From: Hydrolagus affinis
Lineage: Eukaryota
Length of the DNA stretch: 64,000 bases
Direction: 5' to 3'
NCBI GenBank assembly: GCA_012026655.1
Contig: JAAILG010001538.1
Span: forward strand, 1 to 64,000
The notes under the pieces were generated by a model that was not told the origin of the DNA, searched no databases, and worked only from the letters and a program-made list of their open reading frames with translations. A program made the position numbers and the translations under genes. Positions 13,195 through 26,019 of the stretch are shown piece by piece; positions within the stretch are counted from its first letter, which is position 1, and every line of letters starts with the position of its first letter.

Positions 13195-13489
13195 GGAGTC
13201 CTGAAGCTCAGTGGTTAGAGACTTTGTAAGCGAAAGACCTGGGTTCGATTCCAAGCAGGGGAAACCTTGGGCAAATTTCTTTACTCCACACACCTGATCA
13301 TAATCCCTCAAAGGAAACACTAATAAATTGGTCATTTCAATCCACGACTGTTTATGAGATACTGCTGTGTGCAATTGGTCACCAATATATACAGTAAATT
13401 CACTTTACAGTATAATCTGTGGCGCACTTTAAGACATTTAGAAAATGTGCAAAGCGCTATATCAAATGCTAAGATTAGTATTATTATTA
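13195..13489 (+). mobile_element. tRNA-derived SINE (short form) inserted in an antisense CR1 remnant (about 13110-13960)
   Basis: ggagtcctgaagctcagtggttagag A-box, gggttcgattcc B-box, Deu-like core, tail gcgctatatcaaatgc-(att)n. Confidence 0.88.
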
Positions 13490-14589
13490 CCCCGCCCCCT
13501 CCGTCACAGCATCAAGCTGCTTTGTAAATGACTACAGTGTCCTTGCCTTAACCACCCTTCCTGGTAACTTGTTATAGTCACTAGCTAACCTGCCAGTTGT
13601 TAATTAACCTGAGTGAAGAAAATCCTCCTGGTATATATCATGAGATTGCCCGAAGCAACTCTACATCTGTGACCTCTTGTTCTGCTGCCCTGAAGTATTT
13701 TTCAAACCCTTTTAAAATTATAAACATCTCTGAGTCATATTCTTCTCAGATTGAAGAGCCCTAACTTGTTTAATTATTGCTCTCATGGCTCATTCCTCTA
13801 ACATGCGGGATCAAACTTGTTGCACTAACACTATGTCACAGAGACCAGAACTGTATACAACTGTATTCTAGGTGTGGTCTGACCTGAGCACTGTGCAACC
13901 GGAACAGGATTTAAACTCAAATGATTTTGCATTATAGTCCCAACATTCTGGTCACCTTATTTACTGCACCTTGGGACGTCCTCTCGATGTGAAAGGCGCT
14001 CTATAAATGCAATCTTATTGTTTTTATTGTTGTTGCCTTTCACTGTTCAGACATTGCGAGTGGTAAATCATCTTGGATCTCTTTCAGCTTCTCTCTTGAC
14101 AAGTTCAAGTCCATCCATGGAGTACATATGTTTCCTATTCTTGTATCCTACATGGAATAGCTTGCATTTATTTGTATTAAACCGAATTTGTTAAGACTGA
14201 ATTTAAGAATGTTCTACCAATATAAGTCTAGGAAGGAAGCCCAGGGCCCATTGCTATTTTTCAGCTGGGTAAGGGGAGACCTGATATTTACCTTTTCTGT
14301 AAAAATATTCTCCTTTACCTGCTTACTCTTTATTTGTTGGTAGATTTATGTGTTTCTACAGCTGTGGGACAGACTTGCACATTGCCAACAGATGTGTTTG
14401 GAAAAGCTTGCAGATGTCCCTCCTAATTTAAATTTAATGAAGGACACCCAATAATCAGGGCATCAAGTCCAACAGGACTTTCAGAACCAATGACGTCTGG
14501 ATTTTGCTAAGCACAGAAACCCCAGCCTGAGGAACTTCAGATAATCCCAGAAGATGTGTAGTCAGGTGGCAAATTTGATAGTAAAATTT

Positions 14590-14818
14590 GATAATTTCAA
14601 AAGGGAATTGGGTAGGTATTTGAAAAGGAAAAATGTGCAGGGCTCTTGGGTAAGAGCGGGGGAATGGGAACTAGTTGGATAGCTTGCGATTTGAAACATC
14701 TAGAAGACATAAAAGCGCTATATCAAAATGCAAGGATTATTACAGCTCTTTCAAAGAGTTGGCACAGGCACGATGGGGCCCAATGGCCTCCTTCTTTACT
14801 GTAAGATTCTAGGTTTCT
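14590..14818 (+). mobile_element. CR1 3' fragment with a nested ~58-bp SINE tail (about 14685-14742)
   Basis: ttcaaaagggaattgg...ggcacaggcacgatggg...aatggcctccttct; insert flanked by atagct / acagct. Confidence 0.75.
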
Positions 14819-16595
14819 TTGTGTCCTTTTGATTACAGCACCTGCAGTACTGGCCATCTAGCTCTGCATCTTTGAAATATTTGCACGGGCTCCTGCCTGC
14901 TGGAAGTTGCGGTCACATTGGAAATGTACTCAACAGCACCTAAAAATGGGACTAAGATTCCCACGATTCACAACAGGGCAATGTATCAATCTTAAACAAA
15001 CAAGGATTTTCTACTACTATAGATGGTCTGAAACCTACTTTGGTATTTAATGGATGTGTGGAGTTTCAGCGCCATGCAGATAACAAGGATGTAATACTTT
15101 TCACTGATACATGTGTGTAGCCAACCTGATCAATGTCAAACCTGCTTTGAAAGCAGACTTGTTGAGGTAAGTTGCTCTGCAAAATAATGATGTGGTCGTG
15201 AGAAAATGTGCAGATGTTGGTTTTAGCTTCTGACGGTGAAAAGCAAAACATCACACCATTCCTCCAAGTTGCTGGTAGCAATTTTTTTAAATTAGATAGT
15301 CACTGCAATAGGTAGAAATTCTCATTTATTGAGTAGTGAGCAGCTCGTGACCTGAGAAACAGTTCCTATTTCTATTCCATGGAATATTTAATTAAAAAAA
15401 CTCTGGAGTTTGTGCTTGTTATCTCACTCGACTGTAATGGCGGGTGTTTGTTTCATGCTCTATTGAATCTGCGTTCCAGCATTTCCTGGGTTTCAGTGAT
15501 TGTTATTCCTATATATCTTATGTTTGGAAATGCCACTGTCAACACTCGGATATTTGCCAACTTACCTACCAACTGCTGTGCATTCATGGTTGAAAGAGTC
15601 TTGGAAGGGGGATGAAGGAGCATTTTCAGAGAGTTGGGCCAAGTGTTGGTCAATTATTGCACAAAATATTTGCTTTCTTTTCGCTCCATCTGTACTTCTC
15701 TTAAAAAAAGATGATTTGGCCCCCACAGCTTCTCCAGGTAACAGAGCAAAGCGTTACAAGAATAACTACCTGCATTTTCAAGGTAGCATTGTCCAGCCAT
15801 CCCCCAGATGAAATGCTATTCCATCCAGCGGCCTGGCTAGAATCGGTGTCAGTCAAAAGTAGGATATTTTCAAATCTCAAACCACGCGTGCTTTACAGTT
15901 GAGATAAATGGTACATTCAGTTGGACACTTGAGTTATTTCTGTCACTGCTTCCCTTCATAATGAACAGCATCGAATGTCCAAAAACTGGCATGGGGCAAA
16001 TATAAGAAAATCCTTATATTCCTAAATGCATTCTGTTCTGTATTTAATGTATTCCTTCCACAAGCGCATCATCTTAAATTGCTCAGTGTCACTGTATCTG
16101 CTTCAAGTTGAAATGTTGGGACAGTAAACAGCTCTCTAGCTCAAGTTAATCACTCTGCCTGGTCACAGCCTGTCACAAATTCAAGATTCAGAACCCACTG
16201 TTAGCAACTGAATCAGTCATACTCCGTGACCCTGGCAGGACACAGTAACAGCTCTGGTTCAAGACAGTGTGCCAAATGATTTGTATTAAGTCTCTCTGGT
16301 TAAGCAGGAACTCATGTAGACTTGGAATGTTAGATCACTCTACAATCAAAGCAGTTTAGCCTGGAATGGTGAGGTAAGTAATAGAAAGCTAACACTAGGC
16401 AGCAAATAAACCGATGAATTAGTAGGAATCACACTGACAAAGATGACAGGTTGGAGTTCAATGACTTCTGGTTCTGAGGAATAACTGGATCCGATGGCTG
16501 GAGTCAAATGCAGTCTCGTTTTTACAAGTCTTAGACCAAATCTTTTAGGACTAAAGCTCTTTCTTCTCTCATTGACATCCCACTTACCTTTCTCA

Positions 16596-16890
16596 CAGCT
16601 CAGTGCAAGCAAGAGTACAGTTCACTTGCAAATGAGAGACCTGGGTTCGATTCCAGACAGGGCAAACCCTTGAGAAGTTTCCTTACTCCACATGCCTGAT
16701 AATAATCTCTCAGTAAAAAAATAAATAGGTCATTTCAATCCACGACTGTTTGTGGGACACTGTTGTGCGCAATAGGCTGCCACATTTCGCCCACGAATAT
16801 AGTTAATTCACCTTACAGTATATTCTGTGAATCATTTTGAGATGTCTAGAAGACATGAAAAGTGCTATATCAAATGCAAAAATTGATATA
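16596..16890 (+). mobile_element. tRNA-derived SINE (short form)
   Basis: gagagacctgggttcgattcc B-box, tcaatccacgactgtttgtgggacac core, ctatatcaaatgcaa tail. Confidence 0.85.
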
Positions 16891-18209
16891 TTTTTAATCA
16901 GTATAATCTCACTCACTCCCCACATTTCCCGAGTTATCAAAATTATACAAACACATACATCAAACAAAAAGCTGCTCCTCTAACTTCCTCAAACATACAT
17001 GGGATGATGGCGTCTGGCTATCTGGGAGGGCTTAATCTGATGTCAGATCTGGGTTCAAAGTAGATATTTGCATGCAAAATACAGCAGTTACTTATTTGGG
17101 AGGCTCTTTTGTTTTCCCCAGACTTGATAAGTTTGCCACTGAAACTTGATAAGTACAGTAACATGAATAGTAACATGAACGTCTGCTCACTTCAACCAGG
17201 GTGTGTGAGGACTTAAATGGATGAAATAGCATTTTATACCTTCATACCACATGGGACGGCCAATTTACTGCAACCAGACCTTGCATTTAGTCTATTTCCT
17301 TCTGGTCCACATTTTTGTGAAATGTGAGGAATTTATAGTGTTTCTGTGATGTGGGTTGTGTGTATATGTATATGTTTAAGTATGTAGATGTTTGTACAGG
17401 GGTGTGTGTCAGAGAGAGAGAGAGAGACTGAATGAGGGGGTGTGTTTGCCTGCCTGCTTGCTTCCCTACCATTTTTTATACCATTTACAAATGATTCCTA
17501 AGGTTTATTTGGGGGAAGAAAATGAAAAGAATAAATCTTCCAATGAGTTGGTTGTCTGGCTCAGACTTTAATTCACAAGTTCAGATTGTGAGTGATAGTT
17601 TTGTGATTGTTTCATTTAAAGGGACATTATCACTGTCGGAAACTTACTGTTTGAACTCTCCAGTGGCACATATGAACAGGTGGCACAATGATGGATTTCA
17701 CAAAACTAAATTGTTCAACAAAGAGCCCTTTTCCTTTGTATATTTTGCTTAGAGGATGAAACAACCAGAGAGTATAACAGAGTCTATTCAAAGTATTGTC
17801 TTTAGACATCTTCCTGACGTGAAAGGCACTATACATATGTAACTTTGTTGTTGTTGTTGTTGTAGATCTAATGGTTTTGTAAAAACACATTTATAAACGT
17901 AATTTGATTGTGGGAAACATCTGTTGTGTTTCTATATAACCTGGTTGATACACTTCCTCCATTATTTCTTCTCTCCAGTGTTTGATGTCTCCAGTGATGA
18001 TGAAGAGCCACATGTACGTCAGAGCAGCTTCATTGAGTTTAATGGGGAAGATGCTTTGGGCTGGCCTGGGAGCCAATCTTTAGAATTAACAGCAGTTCCC
18101 TTTGAAGTGCTTTAAAATGTTTTGTCATGTCACATGTCTCAAACACAAGTTGTTTCTTTTATTTGTTTCTACACAGAAGATTGTTCCAACATGGAATATC
18201 GTACCTTAG

Positions 18210-18587
18210 AATAATAAAAATCCTTGCATTTGATATAACGCCTTATCACGGTTTCAAGACATCTCAAAGCGCTTCACAGAATATACTGTAAAGTGAATTT
18301 ACAGTACGTTTTGTGGCAAAATGTGTCAGGCAATTGCACACAACAGTGTCCAATGAACAGTCGAGGATTGAGTGACCAAATGATTACTTTGTTTTTAACT
18401 TTTCCTTGAAAGAAACATTAACCACTGGAAAAGCGATTTGCCAATCAACCAACAACCAGATTACTGCTCAGTAAACAAAGTTTTGTGGAGTAAGCTAAAC
18501 TTGTCTAACGTTTTGTTCTGCCAGGAATCGAATCCAGATCGTCTTGCTTCCGAGGCGAACGTTCTAACCACTGAGTTACAAGACTCC
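18210..18587 (-). mobile_element. tRNA-derived SINE (long form)
   Basis: Reverse complement of the family: aataa..tccttgcatttgatata...ctaaccactgagttacaagactcc. Confidence 0.88.
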
Positions 18588-20894
18588 AAAATACTTTGCT
18601 GTTGAGGCAAAGTCCAAAACAAAATTTCAAAATTTTGAAAAAATAATATTGGAAAACTACTATTGTAAGATATGAGGAAAGAGCAGTGGAATGGGGATAG
18701 AGTAAATGGCTCCAATGAGGAAATTCACATCAACCCAGACACAATGGGCTCCAGGGCCATTCCTGTTCTGCAAACATCAAACAATTCTCTCTTTGATCTC
18801 CCCAAGAATTAATGAAGGATCAAATATCAAAATGTTTGCAATTTTACAGTAATTATTTAGATCCATGCAGATAGAAAGAAACAAGATTTTTTTAATAGTG
18901 CAAATGTGAGCAAAACCAACATTAAACCACAATTGGCAACAGGTCGCATGTGGGTGATGGCTCTCTTGTGTAGAGCCAGGTTCAGAAAGCACAGGAAATC
19001 TTGCACAACCTGCAGGACTTGTGCCTTGTCAGCCAGTGTTTTCTTCTCTATTCTCTCCTCTCAAGTGTGAGATGAGATTAAATGAACTGAAGAGTTCATG
19101 TCTGAATCGCTCTTGTGATATGTGCTGTGGTATTGGCAGTCACACCGTGATGTCTTGCCTAAGTAGCCATTTTTCATATATGAACTTGAATAGTGAGTGA
19201 ATATCAATAGCTTGTTGGGCCCTCATCACTGTTGAGCAGTGTTTGTGCTTCTACATTCAGCTCCATTGCTCCATCTATTTATCCAATATTTTAAATGAAA
19301 CGCATACTTTCATAAACAGTATTTAAAGGCTTGTTTACTTTCCCAACAGTTTGACAGCCCTGAACAATATGTTCTTGGAAATATTTTGACCGCACAGAAA
19401 TGTTTAACATTCCAAGAAATGCTCCCCACTCCTTGTATGTTGCAACCTGCCATTTGGTATTATACATCAACATGCTGGAAGCCAAAAAAAGACCATGATG
19501 GGAAAGGAGAGGGTGACAGAGTACAATGCAACAGAGCGAAATATAATGACAATCATGGTTTGAAAATTCCTGCTGTTGTCAATTCCAGGGGCTCTTGGTT
19601 TTAGAAGTTTTCAGTGTATTGACATATTCCAAGTCAAAAGACACGTAATTGGCTCTTCCTTCCCAGGGCCTTCGCTGTAAAAGCTTGCAGCTTTCTAAGC
19701 GTTTCACAAGCGTTCCAGCAAACGGGTGCAGTTGAAACTGATGAATACAGGTTTTTACTTAGATATGAAGTTCATGTAATGGGGTCGGTTGGCTGCAGCT
19801 GTATTTGGAACAGACATGTTTCGGGCAGAATCCGATTGCGTAACTGACGATATTCGAGCTGTATTGTCATTGAAAATTTAAAGAGCATAACAAAATCTAA
19901 ATGGAATCCCCCATTGCTTTCTCATTAGGATTCAGGCATGTGCAGTGACATTGCTGGTGGTTCCAGCGAGCAGAAGGGTTACAACTGCGAATGAACAATA
20001 AAGGGACATGTCAGGCTCTCTACAGAGTTAATTTCTATTCCAATTACAGTGTAAAGTTTTCTCAGAATCAGATGGGATGCTTAATAGTGCAAATTTAAAT
20101 CTGTAATAGCCCATGTTGTGCGATTTTCTACATCCTAAGTCTCAATCCAAGTTATTAAGCAGCCACCACTGTGATTTTGTTTAAATATATAATATTGGAA
20201 TCGTCTTTGCTACCTGATGTCACAGTAAATGCTAACTAACCAACTTGTCCTGTTAAATTCACAGGAAGAGATTTTGACCAATGGATATTGTAAGACAGTA
20301 AAAATTATCCTTGCATTTGATGTAGTGCTTTTCACGTATTCTAGATGTCTCAAAACGCTTCACAGAATATACTGTAAAGTGAATTGACTCTATATTTGTG
20401 GGTGAAACATGGCAGCCCATTGACTGTAATATTCTTACCTCCATGTGCAAACTGTTGGCCATTGTGTCATTAAAGTGACTGTTGGTGCAAATAATTTACC
20501 GGAATAGGCATTCGAAGGCATTGAATACTTTGATATCACAGCATAATTTTGACTCCCAAAATGATGCAATTTAGAATCATTTAATTTTTTCAAGGAATCT
20601 GTTTAGTCTCACATTGCCAATTCCTCACCTAGCTTCAGTGGCTCCCAGTGCTGTCAAGCAATTCAAGAAATGATTTCCCATGAAATGTGCTAAAATGTAA
20701 GTTTTATTTTACTACAAAATTCGTCTAAACCCCCCTTTTTTTTTTACTGGCAATGATTATCAGTTTATATCGTGGTTTTACTGACTCAACTGATCGATGA
20801 ATGAGTTATTCTTCCCCGATCACACACTGATTCTGTCTGCCTGGAAAATATGCAACCGATATTTTCAAGTTGAAAGTATTGTTTAACATCATAG

Positions 20895-21150
20895 GTCAGC
20901 CTGGTTCAGTTAGTAGTACACTTGACTCTGAGTCAGAGGATTGTCGGTGAAAACCTTATGTAGTCTGTGCTGACACTTTAATGCATTACTGGGGTGTGCT
21001 ATATTATCAGAGGTGATGTAATTCAGATAAAATGTTAAACGTCTGTTAAAGTCTGGCTGCCTAGGTGGATGTTTTAAGTTCCCACGGCATGATACAAGTA
21101 GCCATCAATCCCCAAAATAAAATTGGTCACTCACTCCTTCGCTGTTTGTA
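20895..21150 (+). mobile_element. Old Deu-domain SINE (SacSINE1/AmnSINE1-like)
   Basis: ggttcagttagtagtacacttgactctgagtcaga head; gtgctatattatcagaggtg...cagataaaatgttaaac...ggtggatgt core. Confidence 0.6.
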
Positions 21151-21159
21151 TAAGTTGAC

Positions 21160-21757
21160 TTCATAACATCCAGGATTGACTATGCAAACTCTCTCTGCTT
21201 GTCAGCCTCCCCAACTCCTAACTCTATAGACTGTAGATCATCCAGAACTCTGCAGCCCATGTCCTCTCCCGCACCAGATTCCATGACTCTAAACACCCCC
21301 ATCTTCGTATAACTCCACTGGCTTCCCATCACATAGAGGATAAGATCCTGGTCCTCACCAAAGTCCCCCATGGCTTGCTCCCCACAACCTCTACGACCTT
21401 CTAAACCCCTCCTAGCCTGCCCCCCGCCCCCATCCTTTAAATGTGCTCTGGGCTGCTTCACATCCCTCGCCTCACCCATCCCACTATTGGCAGGCAGGCC
21501 TTCTGCCACTCTGCCCCCACCTTCTAAGAACTTCTCCCAACATGCTATCACCTCTGCCTCATCGCGTCTTTTGCCACCTTCGAGATCTTTCTCAAGACCC
21601 TTTGACCGTGCCTTTGGTCACCCTCCTTCCCCCTGTCCTCCACCCTACCTGATCCCACCCCCCAGCTTGGGTTTGAAACACTGATTGTCTAGTCTAGTGC
21701 CTTGTGATGTCCTCCGAAACTGAAAGGCGCTATACAACTGTAATTTTGTTGTTGTTC
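21160..21757 (+). mobile_element. L2 LINE 3' fragment
   Basis: atccagaactctgcagccc...ctccactggcttccc...tttgaccgtgcctttggtcac...aaaggcgctatacaactgtaattttgttgttg. Confidence 0.85.
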
Positions 21758-23439
21758 TTTGTGCGGCAGAGCTGTACACAAATTGACTGCCATGTTCACC
21801 CACAAAATACTCAGTCATATCACTGTGGAGTGTACCCTGCAAGCTACTTTGAGATGTCTCAACAACATGATAAAGCACCATATCGAAAGCAAGGATTATT
21901 ATCACTACTTTTCCAATCCAGACATTCCATGTATGCCTTGAGTGTATATATGTAGAATTTGTGTATCGGAGAAACAGCATTAAAAGGGAGCATCACTGCC
22001 CTGTATGTTGAGAAAAGATGCTAACTGAATGAATTTCTTTTGAAGCTCATAAGCATCTGCTAACCTGTATCATTGAAGCATCTCTGGGAGATTTGACATC
22101 AATTTGGCTGTCAGAAACATTGATTGCTGAGTGAAGCTTCTTTGTGAGTGAAACACATAGGACATTCACTAAACAGCTATTGAAATAGCCGTGGGAGATC
22201 TGAAGTGGATTCTATTCACAGGGAAGGAAATATTGTACAAAAATGAATATAGTTCTCTAAGGAATAATGTACACCCCATTAGCCTTCAGCTTCCTGTTAT
22301 AGTAAATAGTAGCAGTCATTCCTAAATTATAGTAAAACAGTGTCAAACTAACAATTCACAACACACAATGACTTATATAATCATGGTAAATATAATTAAA
22401 ACTCAAAAGATAAACAAAGTCCTATTAAGGATAATGATTTAATTTTAATTATTATGAAGTATGAATGGATTAAATTACTTTCTTGAAGGGCACACAGAGC
22501 AGCAAGAATGGATTTGGCTCCTATTTGCGTTCAAACATGTTGACCATACTGAAAGAACTCTCATCAAAAGCTGTCATATTGATTAAAACTAACAAAGCTG
22601 TTCGTGAGCTGTGCATAATGTGAACCACGAGAGCTTTGGGCAAACTAAAAATAAAGCTATGTGCGTACGGCTTTCAAATACATCAGGTCATGGATGCCAT
22701 GCTAGTGGAAGGAAAGGATGGTAACAGCATGAGCAAACAGACAGAGAAAACAGTTCAGACTTTCAGAGAGGACTTGATGGGTAACAACTGAAATAGTCGA
22801 GTTTTTTTTTATCATTACTGTTTCTTTGAAAATAGAATGAAGGTGAAATTGGTATGTGTTGGCATACAAGCATTAAAGGCTGATATCAACTGCTTTCTGT
22901 TACAGCTAACTACTGAGAACAGAGTAATTAAGAAACAAACAATTTCAGATAGTCATCAAAGTATGTTGCTCCTTCCCCCTTCCTCCACTTTAATATAGGT
23001 CAAGTATAACTTATTGAGTTCTACAGTGTCCTAAAAGTAAATCCAATAGTATTAAATCCATGGTATTAATTGATCAATATTACAGGAAGCAGTACTCTCT
23101 TACTATTAAAAAATAACATTGATTTAAATGAAGATGGTGATTTTGTCCTTTAGTTCATTGAAGAACAGAATAAAAGCCATCGATGTTTAGTTTCCATCAT
23201 CATAAAAATACTTGCATTTGATATAATGCTTCATCGCATTGTTGAGATGTCTTAAAGAACTTCACAGGAATTCAAAGTGTCGTGACTATTTTATTGGGAA
23301 ATGCGGCAGCCAATTTGCAATGTCCTGCAACAGGCATAAATATTGATAAGCAGGGAGGAAGCTCCATGCACCAAATAAGATCGATTATGTTCAAGCAAAT
23401 AGAAATTATCTTCAGTATTGGGGAAATCTGAGTGACTAG

Positions 23440-23875
23440 CTGGAGTTTCCTGAGCGAAGGCATTGTAGTTTACCTGCTGCAAAACTGAATGACCTTTTTG
23501 GTCGTTTTGAGATGTTTGAAAATAAACAAGTGGAAATATTGACAACGTAATGAAGTGCTGGTATGTCGGAAGTACAGACCTGTGTCTAAAAATATTAAAC
23601 TGAGCTCCCACTTGCTGTTCTTCAGGTTGATGTCAAAGCTCCCTTGACACTATTTGAAAAGAGAAGAGTGTTCCTCCCGGTGTCCTGGTCAAAAGCCGCC
23701 AGTTGAATTGTAATGAATTTTCATTGCACCCATGGCTGTTTGTAGGATCTTGCTGAGCACAAAATGACTGGCATGTTTGCCTCCAAAAGCATTTATTACA
23801 CTAAATAGCAATTAGTGTAAAGAGCTTTGAGACCTTTCAGTGCTATAAGGAGCTGTAAAATAGAAGTTATTGTTT
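23440..23875 (+). mobile_element. Old Deu-domain SINE remnant
   Basis: ttcctcccggtgtcctgg...gctgtttgtaggatcttgctgagcacaaaatgactg...gagctttgagac. Confidence 0.55.
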
Positions 23876-24946
23876 TCAAATTGTTCAGTATGCTATTCGA
23901 GAATCACAGAGAAAGTCAATGGGGTTGTTAACGTCTGAAAGACCTGGTAATTCACAAGATATCAAAATAAATAATAAATTTAAAAAAGTGTTCTACACAT
24001 GCATAATAATAAGAATCATAATATACAACACATGTATCCAAGCTTTACATGGCATTTCTGCCATGGAAGAAAATAATAATCCTTCCATTTGATGTTGTGC
24101 CTTTCATACTCAATGTGCTTCACAGCATTTGATATAGAGCTTTTCACGTCTTCTAGACATTTCAAAACGCTTCACAGAATATACTGTAAGTGTATTGTCT
24201 GTATATTTGTCCACATATTACATATATCCAAGCTTTATATGCTTGGATATATTCGAAAATATTTTCACCCACAAATGTACAAAATATAAAAAATATATTT
24301 TGTAGGCAAACAATACTGCTAATTTGTGCTCAGTGATGGCTAGGCTAAGCCATGAAGTTTTAGCCTAGTCATTTACCTAGTGTTAGCATGTAAGTTAAAT
24401 AATACTTAAGATTTTTCAGAATTGTGGAAAATATCTTCATTTATAACTGGAAAGCCAGTTCGTTTTAACAATTGCTGTAAACAAGCTTCTGAATTCACAA
24501 GATCACAAGGCCCTTCAGCTCATTTGAACTTTCCAGAATACCCACCCAAATTGATCAAAAGGCAGATGGTGGGGCAGGCAAATCAAGGGCATGTTTAATG
24601 AGAGAGATATGTACTGTACCATACATCTGTACAGACATTGTGTATTGGTCACAAAGCCATGAAGTACAGAAGAGACATAAAACCAGTGTGCAGTTTCAAA
24701 CAAGGCCTTGGTGATTTGACCATGTAATAACTGACCTCACATTCTGGAGCTGTTTCCGTTTACATCTATATTCACAACATGCACTTCAGTTGTGTATAGA
24801 CCCTGCCTGAAGCAAAGGCAATTTATTATGCAGGATGAATAATCTGTACATTGATGTACCTTCAAAGGATTCACAGTGAAGAAAGGTTATGTGGAATGGG
24901 GAAATTATGCAACTGTTCTAAGAGAACACCAAATATCAGTATAGAC

Positions 24947-25670
24947 TAGGGTCCGTCCATATGGAAATTTTCCGATTTAGATATATCAACGGCCTCATAT
25001 TGAGATATACCGAAATATCGATATTTTCGGGTTTTTCGTACTGCGCATGTGCGCGTGGCGCGCACATTCGGGGCCTATCTCCTCAGGAGGTAAATATCTT
25101 TCTCTCTCTGTGTCTCTCACACTCACTCTCTCCATCTCTGTGTTTTTCTGTCTGTGTCTCTGTGTCTCCTCTCTCACATCTCCCCCATCTCTATCTGTAT
25201 GTATGTTATCACATCCACCCCGTCTCTCCCACCACACCCCCCCCATCGCCGTCCCTCTCTCCTCCCCCCCACCGCTGCTGTCCCTCTCTCCTCCCCCCCC
25301 CCCACCACCGCCGTCCCTCTNNNNNNNNNNNNNNNNNNNNNNNNNNNNNNNNNNNNNNNNNNNNNNNNNNNNNNNNNNNNNNNNNNNNNNNNNNNNNNNN
25401 NNNNNNNNNNNNNNNNNNNNCCCACCCCCACCCCTTGTATATTGTATTCTAGGACTATGAATACAATATGGCGGCTTTGCACATCGGTCTGCGCATTGTG
25501 TATAGAGATGAGCATTCTGGGTCTTGTAGTTCAGTGTGCTTGCATTCCGATTTTTTCCCTTGATATATCGATTTTTCGATATATTTATATTTTTGAAATG
25601 CCTATATCGGCGTATCGATATGAAAATTATATCGGGTTTTAGCGATATATCGATATATCGCTGGACCCTA
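24947..25670. mobile_element. Non-autonomous hAT element (TAGGG ends) with perfect 8-bp TSD GTATAGAC
   Basis: GTATAGAC at 24939-24946 and 25671-25678; ends TAGGGTCC / GGACCCTA; many subterminal ATATCG/CGATAT motifs; spans the N gap. Confidence 0.9.
25321..25420. other. Assembly gap (100 N) in C-rich low-complexity sequence
   Basis: Run of 100 n flanked by CT/C-rich tracts. Confidence 0.99.
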
Positions 25671-25742
25671 GTATAGACATATATTTACATCTGAGATCCT
25701 GAAATCTCATTTCAGGATTTTAAAAAAATTCTCATTTCCTTT

Positions 25743-25980
25743 TAATAATTATAACCCTTGCATTTGATATAGCGCTTTAACAAGTCTTTGAGATGTTTCA
25801 AAGCACTTCATAGAATTTACAGTAAAGTGAATTCAGTATATTTTATGAGCGAAAATCGGCAGGCAATTGCGCGCAGCAGTGTCTCACAAACAGTCATGGA
25901 TTGGGTGACCAACTGATTATTCTGACAGACGGTCGGAATCTCGGTTTGATGTCTCATCCAAAAGACGGTGCATACCAGAC
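25743..25980 (-). mobile_element. SINE 3' portion, variant retaining an extra Deu-like segment
   Basis: Antisense tail and core followed by ctcggtttgatgtctcatccaaaagacggtgc. Confidence 0.75.
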
Positions 25981-26019
25981 TTTCGGGGGAGTGTTGGAAT
26001 CACTTCTTAATTGATTTAA

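Noticed and set aside
15453-15653. Minus ORF with FPNIRYIGITI, faintly like the L1 RT YLGI motif
   Set aside because: Single short motif without other RT motifs nearby; cannot be supported without a search
24961-25642. ORFs spanning the N run
   Set aside because: Artefacts of low-complexity sequence and the gap inside a non-autonomous transposon; no transposase motifs
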